DNA of 64,000 nucleotides from Mobula hypostoma. Taxonomy: Eukaryota. The stretch is taken from NCBI RefSeq assembly GCF_963921235.1, contig NC_086097.1:133116001-133180000 (forward strand). The letters run 5' to 3'. Both the position numbers and the translations under genes were made by a program. Numbering within the stretch: position 1 is the stretch's first letter; every line of letters begins with the position of its first letter. A model generated the notes under the pieces. It was not told the DNA's origin and made no database searches. It saw only the letters and a program-made list of their open reading frames with translations. This document shows positions 27,106-41,000 of the stretch, in pieces.

Positions 27106-30105
27106 TACATAGAACATAGAACAGTACAGCACAGTACAGGTCCTTTGGCCCACAATGTTGTGCAGACCCTTAAACCCCGCCTACCATATAACCCCCACCT
27201 TAAATTCCTCCATATACCTGTCTAGTAGTCTCTTAAGTTTCACTAGTGTATCTGCCTCCACCACTGACTCAGGCAGTGCATTCCACGCACCAACCACTCT
27301 CTGAGTAGAAAACCTTGCTCTAATATCGCCCTTGAACTTCCCACCCCTTACCTTAAAGCCATGTCCTCTTGTATTGAGCGGTGGTGCCCTGGGGAAGAGG
27401 CGTTGGCTGTTCACTCTATCTGTTCCTCTTAATATCTTGTATACCTCTGTCATGTCTCCTCTCATCCTTCTTCTCTGTAGAGAGTGATGCCCTAGCTCCC
27501 TTAATCTCTGATCAAAATGCACACTCTCTAAACCAGGCAGCATCCTGGTGAATCTGCTCTGTACCCTTTCCAATGCTTCCACATCCTTCCTATAGTGAGG
27601 CAACCAGAACTGGACACAGTATTCCAAGTGTGGCCTAACCAGAGTTTTATAGCGCTGCATCATTACCCCGCGACTCTTAAACTCTATCCCTCAACTTATG
27701 AAAGCTAACACTCCATAAGCTTTCTTAACTACCCTTTCTACCTGTGAGGCAACTTTCAGGGATCTGTGGACTTGTACCCCCAGATCCCTCTGCTCCTCCA
27801 CACTTCCAAGTATCCTGCCATTTACTTTGTATTCTGCGTTGGAGTTTCTCCTTCCAAAGGGTACCACCTCACACTTCTCCAGGTTGAACTCCATCTGCCG
27901 CCTCTCAGCCCACTTCTGCATCCTATCAATGTCTTTCTGCAATCTTCGACAATCCTCTACCCTATCCACAACACCACCACCAACCTTTGTGTCGTCTGAA
28001 AACTTGCCAAACCACCCTTCTAACCCCACATCCAGGTCGTTCATAAAAATCACGAAAAGGAGAGGTCCCAGAACAGATCCTTGTGGGACACCACTAGTCA
28101 CAACCCTCCAATCCGAATGTACTCCCTCCACCATGACCCTCTGCTTTCTGCAGGCAAGCCAATTCTGAATCCACCTGGCCAAACTTCCCTGGATCCCATG
28201 CCTTCTGACTTTCTGAATAAGCCTACCGTGTGGAACCTTGTCAAATGCCTTACTAAAATCCATCTAGATCACATCCACTGCACTACCCTCATCTATATGC
28301 CTGGTCACTTCCTCAAAGAACTCTATCAGGCTTGTTAGACATGATCTGCCCTTCACAAAGCCATGCTGACTGTCCCTGATCAGACCATGATTCTCTAAAT
28401 GCCCATAGATTCTATCTCTAAGAATCTTTTCCAACATCTTTCCCACCACAGACGTAAGGCTCACTGGTCTATGATTACCCGGACTATCCCTACTATCTTA
28501 TTTGAACAAAGGGACAACATTCGCCTCCCTCCAATCCTCCGATACCATTCCCGTGGACAGCGAAGACATAAAGATCCTAGCCAGAGGCTCAGCAATCTCT
28601 TCCCTCACCTCATGGAGCAGCCTGGGGAATATTCCGCCAGGCTCCGGGAACATAGCCATCCTGGGGTATTTTAACAACTCCAAAACCTCTTCTCCCTTAA
28701 TATCAACATGCTCCTGAACATCAACCTCACTCATATTATCCTCACCGTCATCAAGTTCCCTCTCATTGGTGAATACCAAAAAGAAGTATTCATTGAGGAC
28801 TTCGCTCACTTCCACAGCCTCCAGGCATATCTTCCCACCTTTATCTCTAATTGGTCCTACATTCACTCCTGTCATCCTTTTTTTTCTTCACGTAATTGAA
28901 GAATGCCTTGTGGTTTTCCTTTACCCTACTCGTCAAGCCCTTCTCATGCCCCCTTCTTGCTCTCCTCAGCCCCTTAATCTCCTTTCTTGCTACTCTGTAT
29001 TCCTCAATAGACCCATCTGATCCTTACTTCCTAAACCTCATGTATGCTGCCTTCTTCCACCTGACTAGATTCTCCACCTCACTTGTCACCCATAGTTCCT
29101 TCACCCTACCATTCTTTATCTTCCTCACCGGGACAAATTTATCCCTAACATCCTGCAAGAGATCTCTAAACATCAACCACATGTCCATAGTACATTTCCC
29201 TGCAAAAACTTCATCCCAATTCACACCTGCAAGTTCTAGCCTTATAGCCTCATAACTTGCCCTTCCCCAATTAAAGATTTTCCTATCCTCTCTAATTCTA
29301 TCGTTTTCCATGATAGTGTTAAAGGCCAGGGAGTGGTGGTCACTGTCCCCCAGGTGCTCACCCACTGAGAGATCTGTGACCTGATCCGGTTCGTTACCTA
29401 ATACTAGATCTAGTATAGCATTCCCCCTAGTTGGCCTGTCAACGTACTGTGACAGGAATCTGTCCTGGACACACTTAACAAACTCTGCCCTGTCTAAACC
29501 ATTGGAACTAATCAGTATTAGGGAAGTTAAAGTCACCCATGATAACAACCCTGTTATTTTTGCACCTTTCCAAAATCTGCCTCCCAATCTGCTCCTCTGT
29601 ATCTCTGCTGCTACCAGGGGGCCTATAGAATACTCCCAATAGAGTAACTACTCCCCTCCTGTTCCTGACTTCCACCCATACTGACTCAAAAGAGGATCCT
29701 GCTACATTACCCACCCTTTCTGTAGCTGTAATAGTATCCCTGACCAGAAATGCCACCCCCACTCCTGTCTCCCCCCCCCCTTTTAAAGCACTGAAAGCTA
29801 AGAATATTGAGAATCTATTCCTGCCCTGGTGCCAGCCAAGTCTCTGTAATGGCCACTACATCATAATTCCATGTATGTATCCAAGCTCTCAGTTCATCAC
29901 CTTTGTTCCTGATGCTTCGTGCATTGAAGTACACACACTTTAGCCCTTCTACCTTACTACCTTTACACCCTTTATTCTGCTTCTCTTTCCTCAAAGCCTC
30001 TTTTTACGTTAGATCTGGCTTTACTCCATGCACTATACTTGCAGTTCTTGCATGCCCTTTATCCTCCTCCACCTCACTATCTGCTCTAACACTCTGGTTC
30101 CCCTC
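27106..30105 (-). mobile_element. CR1-clade LINE, near-complete but frameshifted ORF2 (APE endonuclease + reverse transcriptase), 5' truncated
   Basis: Consecutive minus-strand ORFs: GVAFLVRD..LLGVFYRPPG..VIMGDFNFP (endonuclease), [71 protein letters not shown]; (TTCTATG)n-type tail at about 27106. Confidence 0.95.
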
Positions 30106-31029
30106 CTACACGGCTGTCCTGCTGAAAATTTGTAGATTAATTTTGGTAGGGATGTCTGAGGCGATGACTCGTATGGGATTTAAATGCCAGTAGGGAGAAG
30201 AGTGGCCAAAAGGCTGCCTCTGGCTGCAGATTGCCGTCAGACTATGACTGATGGGTTTGCGGTATCAATGGGTCAGGAATGGAGGTGAAGTATTAGGATT
30301 CAGATAGAGACCACGTATGATCTTGATTGGACGGTGGAATGGGCTCAAAGGGCAGAATGGCCTCTTGCAGTACAGACATTCCTCAGGCTATAACAGAATT
30401 CGTTCTTGAGAACTGTTCCTAGCCTCCTGAGGTTCAAGCCTACAGTCACTGAAAGTGGTCACGACGGTAAAGAGGGTCTATAGCATCCTGGCCTTCATTA
30501 GTCAGGGCATTGAAACGTTTACCAGGGTGCTCCCTGTATTAGAGAGTATGAGTAGTAGGGGAAGGTTGAGCGGTTGTTTACTCTATAAGGAAAACTTGAT
30601 AGAGAATTCAGATTGGGAAGTGTAGGTAAGGGAGACATTCAGAATCTTTTTCCCAGAGTAGAAATGAGTACAATAGAACATGAGTTTAAGATGGGGGGAG
30701 CGGTTTAAAGGAGATGTGCGTGTAAGTTTATGGCAGGTGCCTGGAATAGGCTCAAGTAGAAAATAACCAAATAAGTCTGAAGCCAAAACAAAACTTGCTT
30801 GTAACTATCTTGATGTAATACAGGCTATAAAAGAGTTTCAGACAATGATAGAAGCACGGCTAGAAACAGATACAATATTGGTGTATAAGAGGCTTTTAGA
30901 TAGACACACAACTATCCTGTAAATGGATGGATATGGGTCATGTACCGGGAGAAGAAAATTAGTCTAATTTGGCATCATGTGTGGCACAGACATTGTTAGC
31001 CAAAGGTCCCTGTTCCATGTTCATTTTTC

Positions 31030-31640
31030 ACTTGAAGGACAGCCTCCATTGGTCAAGGAGTGGTCCATTTGATGTTGCATCCTAACTGTATTCACGATAG
31101 GCTAACCAGTTCGCAAGTCAGGGCAGTATGAAATGGAGAGCATGGTGTAGAAGTGCCCATGTAGCAGGCCCCCCCTCTCTACACATCTGATGAACCCCAA
31201 AGAACAGCAGAGACTGATGCAGTTTGGTACCAGTGCTGTCACAGGAGTTTCCGGTCAGTGTTGAACTCAATGTAGGACTGCTTTAGGGACTCCAGCTCCA
31301 GATTTTTCCTTGGGGTTTACTCCTAAAGCCTTCACTGTGAGTTGGTGTAGTCTCAAGGCAGCAGGGGATTGAGGTCAGAGATTTTCTTCTCTTCGATGAG
31401 CTGCGAATCCCATCTGCCCCAAGTGACTGGTTTTATGGCGGCGGTAACTCACCTTCGCCCCTTCTTTCAGTAGAAACGATTCTGTGGGGCTTTGTAGCCA
31501 AGCCACATGTGAAGGCCAGGAGCTGGACTTCGTTGTTAGAGACTATTTGAGGCGCACACCATTTGGGAGCATTTAATAGGTGGTGGGATTTTATCCACAT
31601 TACGCCGCAACCCTGGTTACAACAACCTTAGGGAGCCTTC
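31030..31640 (-). mobile_element. Probable RTE-type retrotransposon 5' region remnant
   Basis: Motif resemblance only (ccagatttttccttggggtttactcc..gattttcttctc..gatgagctgc); no ORF. Confidence 0.35.
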
Positions 31641-31714
31641 TGACTTGTAAACTTAGAACAATGAGAGTGTGTGGGTGAGGATCATAGAAACAGCTGTGGT
31701 GACTGAATGAGCAG

Positions 31715-31990
31715 GTGCCACAGACAGCGTAGCGCTTGGTACAACACTGTTACCGCTCGGGTCATTTGGAGTTCAAACCCGGCCTCATCTGTAAGGGGTC
31801 TGTGTACGCCCACCCATGAAATATGTGGGTTTTCTCCAGGTCCCCTGGTTTCCTACCACAGTCCAAAGACCTACCAAGTAGGTTAATTGGTCATTGTAAA
31901 TTAAGTTGGTGTTAAATCAGGTTGTCAGTGGTCAAGGACGGTTCGGATCGAAGGGCCTACTCTGCACTGTATCACTATATACTTAAATAA
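31715..31990 (+). mobile_element. V-SINE-like copy
   Basis: A/B-box-like tagcgcttggt / gagttcaaaccc and gtgggttttctccagg..ggtttcctaccaca. Further copies at about 1590-1770, 2170-2350, 14745-14890, 20385-20560, 22360-22630, 25340-25510 (minus) and 21835-21960 (plus). Confidence 0.65.
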
Positions 31991-32060
31991 AAATAGTCGC
32001 TAGTTAATCTCACTGACTTCGTTTGCTCAGTATTTCTGGTCCTGCTCACCTTGTCATTGG

Positions 32061-32460
32061 TCAGGGCATTGAGATGTTTACCAGGATACTCCCTGGATTA
32101 GAGGGTATGATTAGTAAAGGGAGGTTGGGAGGTTGGGCGGTTGTTTCCTCTTTAATGCTGCAGACTAAGGAAAACCTGATAGAAATGTAAAAGTTTGGGA
32201 GGCATAGGTAAGGGAGATGGTCGGGCATTGAGATGTTTACCACGATACTCCCTGGATTAGAGGGTATGATTGGTAAGTGGGGGGGGGGGGGTGAGCAGTT
32301 GTTTACGCTGATGCTGGAAGCTAAGGAAAAGCCGAATGGAAATTTTTAAAGATTAAAATGAATAGGTAAGAGAGACGGTCAGAATCTTTTATCCCAGTGT
32401 AGAAATGTCAAGTACAAAGGGGAAATGTTTAAAGGAGATGTGCAGTGTAAATTTATTTTA
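32061..32460 (+). repeat. Tandem duplication (about 160 bp unit) of an internally deleted CR1 fragment
   Basis: gggcattgagatgtttacca.gatactccctggattagagggtatgatt at about 32064 and 32223. Confidence 0.8.
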
Positions 32461-33463
32461 CAGAGGTAAAACTGTATCACTGTGTAAGTAGGGATCAGGC
32501 TGTAGCCAGTCTCACTAACTTGGTAGTCTCCTCAGCCCTTCCAGTCCTGCTCGGCTGGTCCCAACCCATGATTGTTGAGGTTCAGGAGTGGGCAGATTGG
32601 TGGGGAGAAAAGGCACATGGAAATGCTCTGTTCCCACCTGGCAAATGCATCTGTCGTCTCCCAAATGTACATTCTTGAGTAGAGGGTGTCCATTAGTCAG
32701 GTGTTTAGGGGGACCTGTTTTCCAGGGAATAAAAGCACAAATAACAAGTGTAATAGATGTTTGAAGTTCCATACATGAGGTTTAATCTCACTGCGTATAT
32801 AGTGCAAGACATAATCTAACTGCAGGGAGCTGATTTTTTTTAAAAGTGCACATGTTCCAAAAGAGAAACTGTTCTCAAAAGCTATGAGAGGTTAGCAGGT
32901 TGAGGAGGAATGTCCTAGAAATCCACAAACTAGAAGCTTTACCCGGTGAAATAGGTTTCCAAGTTTAAGTAAATGTGGAACACCCAGCTTTCCGACAGAT
33001 GGCAGAGAACAGATGATCACACTACACTATGCTGGCAGACACAAGAAAGCTGGTATGGTTTTGTATGTCAGAGGGAAATTAATCCCATCATTGTCAAAAA
33101 TGGCTTTGTAGCCTGCATTATGTTGAGATTTTTACAAGCAAGTTTTGTTTTGGCTTCGGGCTTGTAGAATTATTTTCTCTTTGTCAGACTTGTTTTGAAA
33201 GATTTTCCCATCTGAGGGGATGGGTGGGTGGGTTATGCTAACTCTTGCAGTTCAACTGGCTGATGTATTTTCAAAAACATCATTATAGATAAACTTTAAT
33301 ATGTATAGATTGCTGTGAAGAAAGCAGGATCTCTTCTGACGCTAGTTGGTTGTAGCTCTATAAAGCTCTGTACCCCAGAGAACACTGCTTGGCTCCTGCT
33401 GTCTGCTAGGTTAACGGGTCTCCTGAACTGCTAGCGGTGTGAAATTATGCTGGGCTCCCCTCT

Positions 33464-34095
33464 GTTCAGTGGTTGGTTGGTAAGTTGATGGAGAAGATCC
33501 TGAGAGGCAGGATTTGTGAGCATTTAGAGAGGCATAACATGATTAGGAATAGTCAGCATGGTTTTGTCAAGGGCATGTTGTGCCTCTCAAGCCTGATTAA
33601 ATTTTTTGGGAATGTGACTAAACACATTGATGAAGGAAGAGCAGTAGATGTAGTGTTTATGGATTTCAGCAAGGCATTTGATAAGGTACCCCATGCAAGG
33701 CTTATTGAGAAAGTAAGGAGGCATGGGATCCAAGGGGACTTTGCTTTGTGGATCCAGAACTGGTTTGCCCACTGAAGGCAAAGAGTGGTTGTAGACGGGT
33801 CATATTCTGCATGGAGGTTGGTGACTAGTGGTGTGACTCAGGGATCTGTTCTGGGACCCCTTCTCTTCGTGATTTTTATAAATGACCTGGATGAGGAAGT
33901 GGAGGGATGGGTTAGTAAATCTGCTGATGACACAAAGGTTGGGGTGTTATGGATAGTGTGGAGGGCTGTCAGAGGTTACAATGGAACATTGATAGGATGC
34001 AAAACTGGACTGAGAAGTGCCAGATGGAGTTCAACCCAGATAAGTGTGAGGTGGTTCATTTTGGTAGGTCAAATATGATGGCAGAATATAGTATT
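33464..34095 (+). mobile_element. CR1 RT fragment
   Basis: ORFs with [37 protein letters not shown]. Confidence 0.9.
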
Positions 34096-34174
34096 ATATG
34101 GACCTTGAGGTTCCTCATGGTAAACTGCTCTGTGATGTTAGATCACATAGAATCCTGGGAGAGCGGGCTAATTG

Positions 34175-35020
34175 CATACATAATTCACTTGCTAGTAGAG
34201 ATCGTGGTCAGCTGAGTAAGTAGGCCAAGAAATGACAAATGGAGTTTAATTTGGATAAGTGTCAGTTGTTGCATTTTGGAAAGTCAAATTCAGGTGGGAC
34301 TTTCAGAGTGAATGGCAGGGTCCTGGGGAACACTGAAGAACAGAGGGACCTTGGAGTACAAGTAGGTGGCTCACTGAAAGTGGACTCACAGGTCTACAAG
34401 GTAGTGAAGAAGGCTTTTAACACACTAGCCTTCATAAGGCAAGGTATTGAATGTAAATGTTGTGAGGCATGGTGTGGTTGGGGCCACACTTGGGAGTTTT
34501 GTTCAGTTTTGGTCACCCTTGCATTAGGAAAGGTGATAACCTAAAAAGAGTGCAGGATAGATTACAAGAGTGTTGCCAGGACTTGAGTGACGGAGTTTTG
34601 GAGATACTGGACAGTTTAGGTATTCATTCCTCAGAGCATGGAGGACTGAAAGGTGATATAGAGGTGTACAGGGTCATGAAGTGCATAGATAAGGAACGTG
34701 GTTGGACTTTTGACCCCCCCAGAGTTGGGGTATCGAGGACTAAAAGGCATAGGTTTTGGGTGGGAGTGGAAAGATTTAAAAAGAACTTGAAGGGCAGCTT
34801 TTCTACACAATGTTTTGGTGTCTGTGTTGTCAACTATCAAGGAGGTGGTTGAGGAAGATACAATAACACACTTAAAAAGACAGTTGGACCGGTGCATGAA
34901 TTGGAAAGGTTTTGGAAAAAATGAACCAAATGCTGGTAAACATGACTAGCTTGGATGGGACATCTTGGTTGCCATAGACTAGTTGGGCTGAAGGACCTGT
35001 TTCCATGCTGTATGACTCAA
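34175..35020 (+). mobile_element. Older CR1 3' fragment
   Basis: MEFNLDKCQLLHFGKSN..EQRDLGVQV..KKAFNTLAFI; CR1-type 3' tail. Confidence 0.8.
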
Positions 35021-38010
35021 TAATCTCAAAATACGAGGTAGGCCATTTAAGACTGAAATGAATAAAAATCACTTCACTCCAAGGTGGTGAATCTTTGGTC
35101 TTCTTTACCCCTACAGGAAATGAAAGTAATTCAAAACAGGTTGATATATTTCTGGACAGTAAGGGAATTAGTGCAGGAATAGAAGATTTGTGATGTTCTA
35201 ATGAATGGTGGAGCAGGCTCCAAGGACCAAGTGGCCTATCATGACTCCTGTTTCTTAAGTGCATCTGTCCCTAACTGCATCAGCCCCGATGACAGTTTAG
35301 ACCCACCTGCATTGCTGGGTGAGACATTACATACATGCCAGACCAGATATGAAGGACAGATTTTCTTCCTGAATGATATCAAGATAATCCATAGTTTTTT
35401 AGTTATTCTTACTTGCTCTAATACAGGAATCTCTTCGTTTCTTGAATTTTAATATAGTGGTGGGGTTTGAACTTGTCTCTGGATCGGTGGACCTGAATTT
35501 CTGCTGTTGGTCTGGTCCATCATGCTCTATCTTTGCTCTGTCAATACCATTAACAATGTGAAGAGACTAATTCTGGTTGCTTGCATATTTTTTCTCAAGC
35601 TTGAACCAATGATCCAAAGATCCTTGATGTGACTTGACTATAAATCTTGGATCAACAGAATTGTCCAAGGTGTCTGTGCCAGAGAGTCAGCTGGCAAAAT
35701 ATTAATGTGAAATGGAGATAGGTTATTTGTTTTATTCTTGCTGAAATTACTTCTGAGTTCCTGAGAAATATATACATTTATTTTACATGTCGATTCATTT
35801 GTCCTGCACACACAAGTGATTTGCATTGGCACTGATATTTAATGGCCATATTCAATGCCAAAGCAGTGTGGTTTAGTTTGAACTGAATGGAACATGATCT
35901 TTGTGGGACAACTGCTGACATCTATATACTGTAGAAAGGCATTATGGTCATTATTGGTGAGCAGGGTGAAAGGGACTTGTTTAAAAAAAAATACTACTAC
36001 TTACAACGATGCTTTGTGAGGCACAGAGAGATCTGTATTTACTGACAAGTACCTTTATTGTTCAAAGTAACAAGTACATAAATTCATACACTAAATATCT
36101 TGTGTGCACACCCACTAAGTATCCCTGACTCTCCTGAACAGTCAAAGAATAGCAAAGGTATTACCCAGGCAAAGGAATTTACGCTGGCCAGGCGTTCCTC
36201 ATTGTCCCAGTTCACTCGCCACGTGTTTCACACAGGGTTGCTTACACTTGTATCTGCAATGGTTACTCTTCAAAGTTACCGCTACCAGCACACACAGTGT
36301 CCACTTTTATATCCATTCCTTATCAATTCAAATATCGCATTCCAGTGTCATTGGCCACAGGACGTGTCTGTCTTTTAACACCTTGTTATTGGCTCTGCTC
36401 CAAGCCAGCATCAATTTATTGCCCTCTTCCCATCAAGTGACAGTCGATAATTTATGGCTCTTTGTTCTCAATCAGCAATGAGCTCGAATCACTTCAGGCA
36501 GGCATCAACCCCAACATTCACAAACCTGCATGTTATAGCCAACCAAAGAACATCTCACAAATAATTCTTATTTGGAAATGATCTCCAGTCCAGCAGATTA
36601 CCTGAAGAATCATTGTGTCTTCTTTAAAATATTGATCAAGCCCAGCATGTCAAGATCACAAAATAGAGAATAGAGTGTCTTCACAAAATGGCAGCCTCCA
36701 TCCCCAAGCATGCGTCAAGAACAAAGACTGCTTCCACTGTCCTTGATTCATTTGAATTCACTGATTTGTAGATTGTCATTCTTTCTGGCCAACAGACTCA
36801 TTAACTCTGACTAAAAGTTTACTGAATCTATTTATTGTGAAATTTGATAGGGTGGAAGACTAGAGCAAGACAAAGCATCTTGTTCTGAGTGGGAAGATTG
36901 GGATGAGAACCAGAATGTAATGATTGGGGCACACACAGCTGAAAGTTCTGTCAGTTAAGATGAAGCCATCGTTATGGCAAAAGAGGATCTCTTGGAAGAA
37001 TTAGTCTGGAAAACCTTGTCATCAGAACAGATGCAATGGAGCTGGATAACTTGAGTGAATGGAATAGACCATTAAAGAAGGAAGTGTAGTTGAGATTACT
37101 GTGGGAATCAATGTGCTTGTGCTGGGTATTTGTCACTCATCTATTCCCAGGATGCAAAAGTCCAGGAAGGGAAGGGAGGACTTGGAGGAGGATGATGTGA
37201 AAGGGCGAGCAGTAGAAACTGACTGAAAAGTTAATGACATTTTTGAGTTCTGTGAAAGTGCAGGAGACAACACCAAACCTGTCATTGATTTATTTGGTGG
37301 GGGGAATTGTAGGAGGGGCCATAGGGGGACTGAAATGAAGAATGTTCTATCTGTTCACACAGAGCTAGGCACAGGGTGGACCCATACAAGTTCAGAATAG
37401 AAAACTGGAAGGCATCAGAGTTTTTTGCAGATGTAGATAGGAAGGAACTGAGCAAGAATGCAGGGCTGGAGGACAAGAATAGAGTCAAGGTGAGGAGAAA
37501 TGGTCCCTGAGATGAGAGGAAATGGGTCTACTTGGACAGTACATACCCCAATCAAAGTGTCTCCTACAGATCCATAATACTTGAGTTGATTTTCTCCACC
37601 CTGCCCCCCTCCTTGCTTTAGACTCTCAAGGCAGGAAAATCAATCTCTTGCACTCTGTCTGTGCCTCTTTCTTCTAAACGCCAACAAATCTGAGCTCATC
37701 TCTTCCTCCATAAGTCAACAGCTATCTTCACATGAATTGATCTAGTGGACCCTACAGGGGTCCCTTAAGTAACTGTGCTTTTTATTTTCATTAAACTCTG
37801 CTATGGAAGAAGACATCTGCTCAAACTCACTTGCAATAAATGCAATATTTTATTTGTAAATTGGTTACTACTTTTATGCACTAACTTTATATAATTTGTG
37901 TACAAGATCTTCGTATGCAAATAGAACATGATGGATGTAACTGACAAGTTTTTAAAGTTTTGCTGTCAAATGATGTGCTGTTTCTTGTTCTCTCTTAGCA
38001 GAAATTCAGG

Positions 38011-38064
38011 ATGGGAAACCAGACTGGGAAACATGAGCAACTTCAACCTACTTCAGGCGAAAAA
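38011..38064 (+). CDS. MBP: Golli-MBP first coding exon (Golli exon 2), MGNQTGKHEQLQPTSGEK; exon starts at 37999 (or 38002) with a short 5'UTR
   Basis: Pyrimidine tract tttcttgttctctcttag acceptor, ATG at 38011 in context cagg-ATG-G, donor AAA|gtaagg at 38065 (phase 0). N-terminus resembles mammalian Golli MGNH(A/S)GK as I recall it; splices in frame to 63357. Confidence 0.88.
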
Positions 38065-41000
38065 GTAAGGAAGCATTGATGTAACCTTATTTTTTTTAAG
38101 TACTATTCTACAACCTGGTTCAGTTGTTTTAACATTAGATATCCTATAAATCCATCCAATAGTTCAGTGGGTTTTGGGTTCACTTTGAATATGTTTAGAT
38201 TTTCAAGGACATAAAAGAACGGCAGAAAAAGGTAGCCAGCAGGCCCTTCCAGTCCTTCCACCGTACAATGTGATCATGGCTGACCTATGCTGCCTTACCA
38301 CTTCCCTAAGCCCTCAATTTCTCTTTCTTTTAAATATTTTATCTCCACTTTTATCTATTGATCTGCTCTCGCCATCCTTGGGACGGAGAACTGCAGACTT
38401 TCTAGATGCAATGCAAGGTGTTACTAGGCCACCATTCACAATATTAGACCTTACAGTTCAGCCCTTCTCTCACTGAACAATGTGATGATTTATGAAAATA
38501 ATTCTCTTCAACAGACTATGAGCAAATATGAAAGTCATTGTGGCCCTTCACTAGTGTTCCTAATCGCTAGTTTAGTAACACAATAACCACTTTGCCTATT
38601 TTCTACTAAATTAGACTTTTTTGTTCTAATTGTGTTTTTTTTTTAAAAACATTGTTTTTAATTGTGACTGCTGCTTGTATGTTGCTATGTGCCTACGATG
38701 CTCCTGCATGCAAGTTTTTAATTGCACCTGTGCGTATGTGTACTTGTGCATATCACAAGCTTGACTTTGAGAGTGCTGGAAAGGTTCACCAGAGCTCGCC
38801 TGGAATGGCGGGCTGTAGTTACATTGAGAGAGTGAATAAAATAGATAATATCAGTGTGACATCAGTTTTTCTTCTGCAAAAGAAAACCTTTCATGAGCAG
38901 GAAGTTAGAGGGTTTGTTTGTTTTTCTTTGGGCAGTTTCCCGCTCCTTGATGCGTGGTGGTGGGTGAGCCTTAAGGTCTTGTCATTTCTCCCCACTGAGT
39001 TTTGTTCTGGCTGCATCCACCTTTAACGTATCCGTCGAAATGTACTCCTATACCTTGTGATATGGTGTTCTCTGGCGTTCCCTTGAGGGCTCTGAAAACT
39101 GCAGGATTTGTGGCAAGAGCAGTTGGCTCCAGCAACAACTAGAACTTGTCTCCACATGTCCTTAGAAACTGCTGGTAGAGCACAGATTGTTGGGTTATTC
39201 AGGCTGTATGGGACATGGTCCACAGCATTCCTCACCTGCACCTCACATTCCAAGAGTGTCTCATTTCAAAGTAATGGTATTCAGTTCTGGTTGCTGAAGG
39301 ATGTGGAGGTTTTACCAGATGCTGCCTATGAGGAGAGGCTGGATAAAGTGGGTTCTTTTCTCTGGAATGATGGAGACTGAAGGGAGACCTGAGAGAAGTA
39401 TATAAGATTGAGAGGCCTATGTAGTCAACTGATGTTTTTTTAAAAAAATTATTTTCCAGGGTTGATGGTTCTAATACTAGAAGGCATATATTTAGGGTGA
39501 GAGGGGAGAGTAATGCAGAATTTATTTTTTTTTTAGTGCAGTGTGTGCCTAAAATGTGCTACCAGAGGGTAGTGGAGGCAAATCCCACAGAGGATTTTTA
39601 GGCACATGAACAGAGAATGGAGAGATAGGATATGTAGGCAGAAGAGATTAATTTAGTTTGTCACAACATTGTGGAGTGAAGGGCCTGTTCCTATGCTGTA
39701 TTGTTCTTAAAAAAAAATAAACACAATAAATAAAAATTTCCTCATAATTTTTGCCTGGCCTACACATTCTTAGTGTTATCAGACCCATGCATTTTTAGTG
39801 TCATTCAGTTAACACATTCTATATAAAAAGCTCCAAAGTCATTCAAATGGCCTCTTCTGCAAGGATAACCAAATATTTGAAGTGTGTATTGTACTGCAGG
39901 GTAGCATCCTTTGCAGAAGCTGCTTCCAAATGCTTGTCACCACAAGATTTCCAAATTGGACGTGACTGTCTGATTCATAATATTGTGGTGTGGAGGTAAC
40001 TGATGAGCTTCATAAACAGGAAGTAGTTGCAGAAGCCAGCAGCCTGCAGCTTGCTCTCTCTGTTTGTAAGCCCTACTGGGCCGTCTGATGTGGGCTTCTG
40101 GTAACCCAAGACTTGGTGCAAAAACAGAGTTACCCTCCCATCTATATTCCACGAACTCCAAGAGTTAAAGGTAAAGCTCTTAAGATCAGGGATTTTCTAA
40201 AGAAAATAGAGAGGGGAGTAACATTTTTTTAAAAAGCGCAAAAAACAACGGAGAGTAGGCCATTTGAGCTTTGCAGCCTGCACTATCATTTTTCAAGCTC
40301 AAGACTGAATTTTTAACGGTGCTATTTCCCTAACATGTCTTCATTTTTTTTTGCTTATTACCTGAAAAGATCTTCAGGGGATATCTGTCTAATGGGAGCA
40401 TCTAGATCTAGGGGGGGCATAGGTTCAAGATGAGGCCTTTGCATCATAAGACAAAGATAAAATGAAATGATATCTCTCAGAAGGTCTGTCGTTAGAAACG
40501 TCTTTGTCAAAGACTGTAGAGCGGCCTTTGAGCACTTTTAAAGCAGAGGCTGATAGAGCAACATGCACAAAATGCAGGAGGAAATCAGCAGGTAAAGCAG
40601 CATCCACGGAAGTGAATAAACAATTGATGTTTTGGGCCAAGACCTTTCTTCAGGACTGGAAGTGAAGGGGGAAGTTGCCAGAATAAGAAGGTGCGGGGAG
40701 GGAAGGAGAGAGAGCGAGCTACAAGATGATAGGTGAAGTCAAGTGGGTAGGAAACGTCAAGGGCTGGAGAAGGAGGAATCTATAGGAGAGGAGAATGGAC
40801 TCTAGGGGGAAAGGGAAGAAGGAGTGGCTCTAGGGCGAGGTAGATAATTTCTTGAGTTTAGAACATAGAATTTTACAACTCAGGAAATGGCCCTTCGGCA
40901 CGTGATGTTTTGCTAAATTAACTAGCAAATTATGCCGAATCCTTTCTATCTGCATGTCCATATCCCTCCATTCTCTGCAAATTCTTAAGCAAAGAGTTAA

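Noticed and set aside
27181..29762. Active or domesticated reverse transcriptase, or a retron/DGR-like RT system
   Set aside because: Ordinary CR1 ORF2 broken by several stops and frameshifts, 5' truncated, in a eukaryotic intron.
31183..31222. Additional hammerhead at ctgatgaaccccaaagaacagcagagactg
   Set aside because: No GAAA and no convincing stem II.
1..37998. Definite Golli exon 1 / CpG-island promoter
   Set aside because: No clear non-repeat CpG island is visible; the CpG-rich patches are young transposons, so exon 1 may lie upstream of the window.
38011..38064. FMN2 or BCAS1 N-terminus (both start MGNQ)
   Set aside because: The in-frame next exon ends SEDNEVFG and the exon phases fit Golli-MBP.
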